This document shows, piece after piece, positions 59,339-64,000 of a DNA stretch of 64,000 bases. Under the pieces are notes generated by a model, which searched no databases, had not been told where the DNA came from, and worked only from the letters and a program-made list of their open reading frames with translations. A program made the position numbers and the translations under genes. The stretch is from an uncultured Chloroflexia bacterium (lineage in GTDB: Bacteria > Chloroflexota > Limnocylindria > Limnocylindrales > CSP1-4). Position 1 is the stretch's first letter. The number at the start of each line of letters is the position of its first letter. Where the stretch lies: NCBI GenBank assembly GCA_963749705.1, contig CAVVNQ010000010.1, positions 1 through 64,000 on the forward strand, in the 5' to 3' direction.

Positions 59339-60589
59339 TCAACCTCGCCGGATCCGCCCCAGCAGCGACCGGGGCGACGACGGCTTCCGGAGCCGGTTCA
59401 CCAGCGTTTCGGCCAGGGCGGCGTACTCGTCCGGCCGGTTGTAGCGCTGTGCCGAGATGCGCAGGATGATCGATGCCGGGGCGGCGCCCGGCTCGAGCGC
59501 GGCGGGGACCGGAAAGGCGAACAGGGGCACCTCGATCCGGTCCTCGTCGAACAGCGTCGCCTGCAACCGGCGGGCGGCCGCGCGGCTGGGCGCGATCCCC
59601 GGCAGCGGGATCGCGGCCATCGATCCGAGCATCACGTCGGGGGCCGGGGCCGGCACCCCCAGGGCGGCGCAGATCACGTCGCGGCCTCGCCTGGCGAGCG
59701 TCGCGTTGGCCGCCATCAGGCCGCTCCAGCCCTCCTCGTGGAGGCCGCCCACGTAGCGGATCGCCGCCGGCAGGGCGAGGATCGCGGTCGGGTCGAGCGT
59801 GCCCACCCAGTCGAACAGCAGCCGGAAGCGCGTCCGGTCCTGACGCTCGTCGTTGAGCCCGTGGGAGATGACCAGTGGCCGGATCTCCGTCCGCAGGTCG
59901 GCGCGCACGAACAGCATCGCGGCGCCCTTCGGCGCGCACAGCCACTTGTGCCCGTTGCCGGTCCAGTAGGCGGCCCCGATGGCGTTGACGTCGAGCGGCA
60001 CCATCCCCGGGGCGTGAGCGCCGTCGATCATGGTGTCCACGCCGCGCCGGTCCAGCTCGCGGACGATCGCGGCGACGGGCAGCACCAGCGCCGTGGGCGA
60101 GGTGACCTGGCTCACGAGCGCGAACCGCGTCCGGGGGGTGACCGCTTCGACGTATGCCTCGACCACCTGCGAGGGGTCATGGGTCGGGAAGGGGATCCGC
60201 GCGATCACCAGGCGGGCGCCGTCGCGCTCGGCCGCCGCTCGCATCGCATTGAGGGTCGCGTTGTACTCGTGGTCGCCGGCCAGCAGCTCGTCGCCCGGCT
60301 CGAACCGCCGCGATGCGAGGACGGTCGACACGCCGGTGGTCGCGTTGGGCACGAAGGCGATGCCCTCGGGGTCTGCCCCGATGAAGGCGCCGACCAGACG
60401 GCGCGCCTCGTCCAGGTGACCCTCGAGCTCGCGGGCGAGGAATCGCTCCGGCTCCGCCTCCATTCGCTCGCGCCACACGCGCTGCGCTTCCAGCACCGGG
60501 GCGGGGCAGGCGCCGAAGCTGCCGTGGCTCAGGTAGGACACGGTCGGGTCGAGGTGCCACGGGGCACGATCGAAGGTCGGATGCGTCAC
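59339..60589 (-). CDS. Class V PLP enzyme (isopenicillin N epimerase / EgtE-like C-S lyase)
   Basis: LSHGSFGA, VPNATTG, TSPTA, IDGAH, NGHKWLCAPKG, RISAQRYN. Confidence 0.88.
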   Translation of the reverse strand: MTHPTFDRAPWHLDPTVSYLSHGSFGACPAPVLEAQRVWRERMEAEPERFLARELEGHLDEARRLVGAFIGADPEGIAFVPNATTGVSTVLASRRFEPGDELLAGDHEYNATLNAMRAAAERDGARLVIARIPFPTHDPSQVVEAYVEAVTPRTRFALVSQVTSPTALVLPVAAIVRELDRRGVDTMIDGAHAPGMVPLDVNAIGAAYWTGNGHKWLCAPKGAAMLFVRADLRTEIRPLVISHGLNDERQDRTRFRLLFDWVGTLDPTAILALPAAIRYVGGLHEEGWSGLMAANATLARRGRDVICAALGVPAPAPDVMLGSMAAIPLPGIAPSRAAARRLQATLFDEDRIEVPLFAFPVPAALEPGAAPASIILRISAQRYNRPDEYAALAETLVNRLRKPSSPRSLLGRIRRG

Positions 60590-60705
60590 CCGCCGACGAT
60601 AGCGAGTTGGCGGGACGCCGTGCGGCCCGGTCGCCGCGAGCGGCGGGCAACGCGGGCGTTCGGCATGCGGCCCGTGCGCAGCGTGCGGGCGGGGAGGACC
60701 CGAGC

Positions 60706-61053
60706 TCAGCCCGTCGGCGGCTCCTCGTCGCGATCGGCCGGTGGCTCGGGCAGCCCCGGTGCGGGTCTGGGCGTGACATCGATGACGACCCCGCGCGGGC
60801 GCGGCCGCCCGTTGAGGACCCGCGACAGCCGCTCCGGTCCGGCCACGAACGGCGCCACGTAGGCGAGGACGATCACCGGGATCAGGACCCGGATCGGCCC
60901 CGGGAAGCGGATCGCGACGAGGATGCCGACGGCATACAGGATCCAGGCCGTGAACAGCGATCGCGGCGGCCACCCGGCGACGTGGAGCCGCCACACGGGG
61001 ATCAGCGCCACCAGGCCGGCGACGAGGAGGGTGAGCAGCAGGGCTGGCGACAT
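60706..61053 (-). CDS. Small membrane protein
   Basis: Three hydrophobic segments; TATGAT upstream of ATG. Confidence 0.65.
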   Translation of the reverse strand: MSPALLLTLLVAGLVALIPVWRLHVAGWPPRSLFTAWILYAVGILVAIRFPGPIRVLIPVIVLAYVAPFVAGPERLSRVLNGRPRPRGVVIDVTPRPAPGLPEPPADRDEEPPTG

Positions 61054-61155
61054 CGCCCTCGCATCATAGGGCCGGCGCAGTCCCGGGCGGTGGGCCGCAA
61101 CGGGATGGCGACCGTTGCTCGGATACCATGACCGCCTCCCCGTGATGGAGCGCCC

Positions 61156-62424
61156 GTGACCGACCGCGTCCGCACCTGGCTGGCCGCCTGGGGCCCGATC
61201 CTTCCCCTGCTGCTCGCCGAGGGGACGATCTGGGTCGGCTTCGGCGCACTGCTCCCGATCCTGCCCATCTACTTCACGACCCACGGCGTCGACCTGCCGA
61301 CCCTGGGGATCGTGGTCGCCGGCTGGCCGGCCGCCCGCCTGGTCGGCGAGCCGGTGTTCGGCTGGCTCGCCGATCGTGCGTCACGCAAGGCGCTGATGAT
61401 GCTGGGCCTGGTGCTCGCCGCCGCGTTCGCGGTCGCCCCGCTGTTCGTCGCGGGGCCCGTCGCGTTCATCGCCGTGCGCGCGCTGTCGGGCATGGCGGCC
61501 TCGATCTACGACCCGGCCGCCCGCGGCTACCTGGTGGATGCGAACGCGCCCGAGCGCCAGGGCGAGACGTTCGGGCTGTACGGCGCGGCGCAGATGGGCG
61601 GCCTGATGATCGGGCCCGCGATCGGCGGGCTCGCGGCCGCGCTGACCAACGAGCCCACGGTGGTGTTCTGGGTCGCCGGCATCGCGCTGGTGGTGTCGGC
61701 GGTCCTGGTCGGTGCGCGTGTCCCGGACCTGGAGCGAGGCATCCACACGGCCGCGGAGGCCGCCAGGGAGCCGGACGCCGCCACGCGGCCGCCGAGCATC
61801 CTCAACCTGCTGCTCGTGGCGGCGATCGCGTTCAATGTCGGGAGCTTCTTTGCCGGCGGCTCGTACGAGGTGGTGTGGAGCCTGTACCTGACATCGCTGG
61901 GCGCCGGGATGGCCGCGATCGGCCTCACCTTCTTCACGTTCGCGCTGCCCATCCTCGTGCTGTCGCCGGTCACGGGCCGGTTCATCGACCAGCAGGGCGG
62001 GTTCGTCGCGCTCGTGGTCGGGATGGCCGGCGTCGCTGCGTGCGGAGTGCTCTACCCGCTCGTGCCCGAGGTGTGGTGGATGGTCGTGCTGGGACTGGTC
62101 GAGGGAACGGCCTTTGCGTTTGCCTCGCCGGCCCTGTACCTGCTCGTTGCCCGTGCGTCGCCACCCGGCCGGAGCTCCACGGCGCAGGGACTGTTCGGGG
62201 CCGCGGGCACGATCGGCACGATCGTCGCCTCGTTGCTGGCCGGCGTCCTTGCCGAGGCGGACCTCCGCTACCCGTTCCTCGCGGCCGGGATCGGCACGGG
62301 CGTGGCGCTGCTGCTCGGCCTGCTGCTCGGACGTCGAGCGCTCTACGCCGCGATGCAGCCTCGCCACCCGAGCGCCCCGGCGTCGGCGAACGAGCCCGGC
62401 GCGACGATCGCCGGCGAGGCATGA
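61156..62424 (+). CDS. MFS transporter
   Basis: About 12 TMs; motif A GWLADRASRK; GPAIGG. Confidence 0.92.
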   Translation: MTDRVRTWLAAWGPILPLLLAEGTIWVGFGALLPILPIYFTTHGVDLPTLGIVVAGWPAARLVGEPVFGWLADRASRKALMMLGLVLAAAFAVAPLFVAGPVAFIAVRALSGMAASIYDPAARGYLVDANAPERQGETFGLYGAAQMGGLMIGPAIGGLAAALTNEPTVVFWVAGIALVVSAVLVGARVPDLERGIHTAAEAAREPDAATRPPSILNLLLVAAIAFNVGSFFAGGSYEVVWSLYLTSLGAGMAAIGLTFFTFALPILVLSPVTGRFIDQQGGFVALVVGMAGVAACGVLYPLVPEVWWMVVLGLVEGTAFAFASPALYLLVARASPPGRSSTAQGLFGAAGTIGTIVASLLAGVLAEADLRYPFLAAGIGTGVALLLGLLLGRRALYAAMQPRHPSAPASANEPGATIAGEA

Positions 62425-62470
62425 ACGGGCTCGCGCCCGGAGCGGCGCACCTCGTCGGCTCGGGTCGACT

Positions 62471-62499
62471 TTGACGGAATCCCCGATCGCCGGTAGAGT
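62471..62499 (+). promoter_or_regulatory. Sigma70 promoter of the initiator tRNA
   Basis: TTGACG-17 bp-TAGAGT. Confidence 0.8.
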
Positions 62500-62509
62500 G
62501 TTAAGCCTT

Positions 62510-62584
62510 CGCGGGGTGGAGCAGCGGCAGCTCGTCGGGCTCATAACCCGAAGGTCGGAGGTTCGAATCCTTCCCCCGCAACCA
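62510..62584 (+). tRNA. Initiator tRNA-fMet (CAU)
   Basis: C1:A72 mismatch, GGG-CTCATAA-CCC anticodon stem, CCA end. Confidence 0.95.
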
Positions 62585-62597
62585 ATCCGATTCTCCT

Positions 62598-62635
62598 GAA
62601 CCCCGGGACCCGACCACCCCGGGGTTCTTCTTTTG
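62598..62635 (+). terminator. Intrinsic terminator after tRNA-fMet
   Basis: GAACCCCGGG..CCCGGGGTTC stem followed by TTCTTTT. Confidence 0.85.
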
Positions 62636-62735
62636 TCCCGCTCACCCGGCGGACGATCGCGGCATTGACCGACAGACGGGTTGGGCGCCACCCTATGGAC
62701 ATGGCATCCGGCGTCCCGCCTCGCCAGCTCGTCCG

Positions 62736-64000
62736 GTGACCCGCGCCGCGCCCCATCACGCGCGCTCGGCGAGTCGACGTCCGGCACGTCTCGTGCGCTG
62801 GCTGGCTCCGCTGCTCGCGCTGGCGTTCGTCCCGATGGGCAGCCATGTGACCGCTGCCGCGACCCCGCCCGCATCGGTCTCGATCGAGCGGGTCGCAGGG
62901 CCGGACCGCTACGCGACCGCCGTTGCCGTATCCACCCGGCTGTTCCCGGACGGCGGCGCGCCGATGGTGGCCCTGGCCTCCGGTGCCCAGTTCCCCGACG
63001 CCCTGTCCGTCGGTCCGGTCGCGGGCCGCGACGGCGGGGTCGTCCTGCTCACCCGACCCGACGGCCTGCCGTCGGTCGTCGAGGCCGAGCTGGTGCGGCT
63101 CCATCCCGGGCGGGTCGTGGTCGCCGGCGGACCGTCCGCGGTGAGCGAGGCCGTCATCGACCGTGCCCGGGAGCTGCTGGGGCCCGACGTTCCGTTCGAG
63201 CGCCTGTCGGGTCCCGATCGGTATGCGACCGCGGCCGCGATCTCGGCCGCTTCGTTCTCGCCGGGCGTTGCGATCGCGTTCGTCGCCCTGGGCGGCAACT
63301 TCCCCGACGCCCTTGCGGCGGGCGGCGTCGCGGGCACGCTGGGCGCGCCGATCCTCCTCACGCGAACCACCAGGCTGCCCACGCCGACCCGGGACGAGCT
63401 CGTGCGGCTCCATCCCGAACACGTCGTGATCGTCGGCAGCACGGGCGTGGTGAGCGCGAGCGTTGCGACCGCGATCGCCGCATTGGGGCCGACGGTCGAG
63501 CGGGTCTCCGGCCCTGACCGGTTCGCCACGGCCGCGGCCGTCGCCGCCCGGTTCGCCCCCGACGCCGCCGGCGTGATCCTCGTCAGCGGGCTGGAGTTCC
63601 CCGATGCCGTGGCCGCGGCCCCGCTGGCGGCGGTCGACGGGCGCCCGATCCTGCTGGCCCGGCCGGACTTCCTGCCCCCGCCCACCCGGGACGCGATCAT
63701 CAGCGCCAGGCCGTCCAGCATCATCGTGGCCGGCGGTCCCAGCCGCGTGCCCGATGCGCTCACCCTCGAGGCCGCGGCGTGGTCCGACGGCCGGCTCACG
63801 CTCCCACCCCCGGGGCCGACCTACCCCGCCTACGACTCCCGGTACCACGATCCGGGCGAGATGCTCCTTGCGCTCCAGACGGCCGAGGTCTCGTACCCCG
63901 GGTTCGTCCGCGTGTTCTCGATCGGTCAGAGCTACCAGGGCCGCGAGATCTGGGCCGCCAAGATCTCGGACAACGTCGACACCGATGAGGCCGAGCCCGA
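62736..64000 (+). CDS. Secreted protein with three cell-wall-binding type 2 (CWB2) repeats and the start of an M14 zinc carboxypeptidase (runs off the window)
   Basis: Translated by hand: 3 x ERxxGPDR(Y/F)ATA..FPDA; then YHD..SIGQSYQGREIWAAKISDNV; absent from the ORF track because it has no stop. Confidence 0.85.
   Translation, partial: MTRAAPHHARSASRRPARLVRWLAPLLALAFVPMGSHVTAAATPPASVSIERVAGPDRYATAVAVSTRLFPDGGAPMVALASGAQFPDALSVGPVAGRDGGVVLLTRPDGLPSVVEAELVRLHPGRVVVAGGPSAVSEAVIDRARELLGPDVPFERLSGPDRYATAAAISAASFSPGVAIAFVALGGNFPDALAAGGVAGTLGAPILLTRTTRLPTPTRDELVRLHPEHVVIVGSTGVVSASVATAIAALGPTVERVSGPDRFATAAAVAARFAPDAAGVILVSGLEFPDAVAAAPLAAVDGRPILLARPDFLPPPTRDAIISARPSSIIVAGGPSRVPDALTLEAAAWSDGRLTLPPPGPTYPAYDSRYHDPGEMLLALQTAEVSYPGFVRVFSIGQSYQGREIWAAKISDNVDTDEAEP

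Overview
A 64-kb, high-GC bacterial window with about 55 protein genes, three tRNAs (Arg-UCG, Lys-UUU, initiator Met) and an FMN riboswitch. The gene set suggests Chloroflexota, possibly Limnocylindria-like (FMN-riboswitch ribXY-type ABC transporter, b6-type Rieske/cyt b complex); this is inference only. I saw no integrase, transposase or CRISPR array. The left 19 kb looks accessory: two class III adenylate cyclases, an EAL phosphodiesterase, GNATs, a 16-bp tandem repeat, and a frameshift-riddled stretch at about 9.5-12.7 kb that creates two false fusion ORFs. The main candidate system is a six-gene operon at 39.6-46.2 kb. A GltD/DsrL-like flavin-FeS NAD(P)H oxidoreductase overlaps a b6-type cytochrome b, followed by subunit IV, Rieske, a cytochrome c-cupredoxin fusion and a membrane-anchored Kelch propeller. 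Other notable signals: a tandem-hairpin element with CCUCCUCCC loops (24.6-24.7 kb), a promoter-driven orphan structured RNA candidate (33.7 kb), an FMN riboswitch with a remodelled L5, a HTH-GAF-GGDEF cyclase, a membrane protein-WYL-HD operon, a small insert at an ATGA gene junction, and many apparently leaderless genes. Start codons were refined by eye and family calls rest on motif recognition; no database searches were run.
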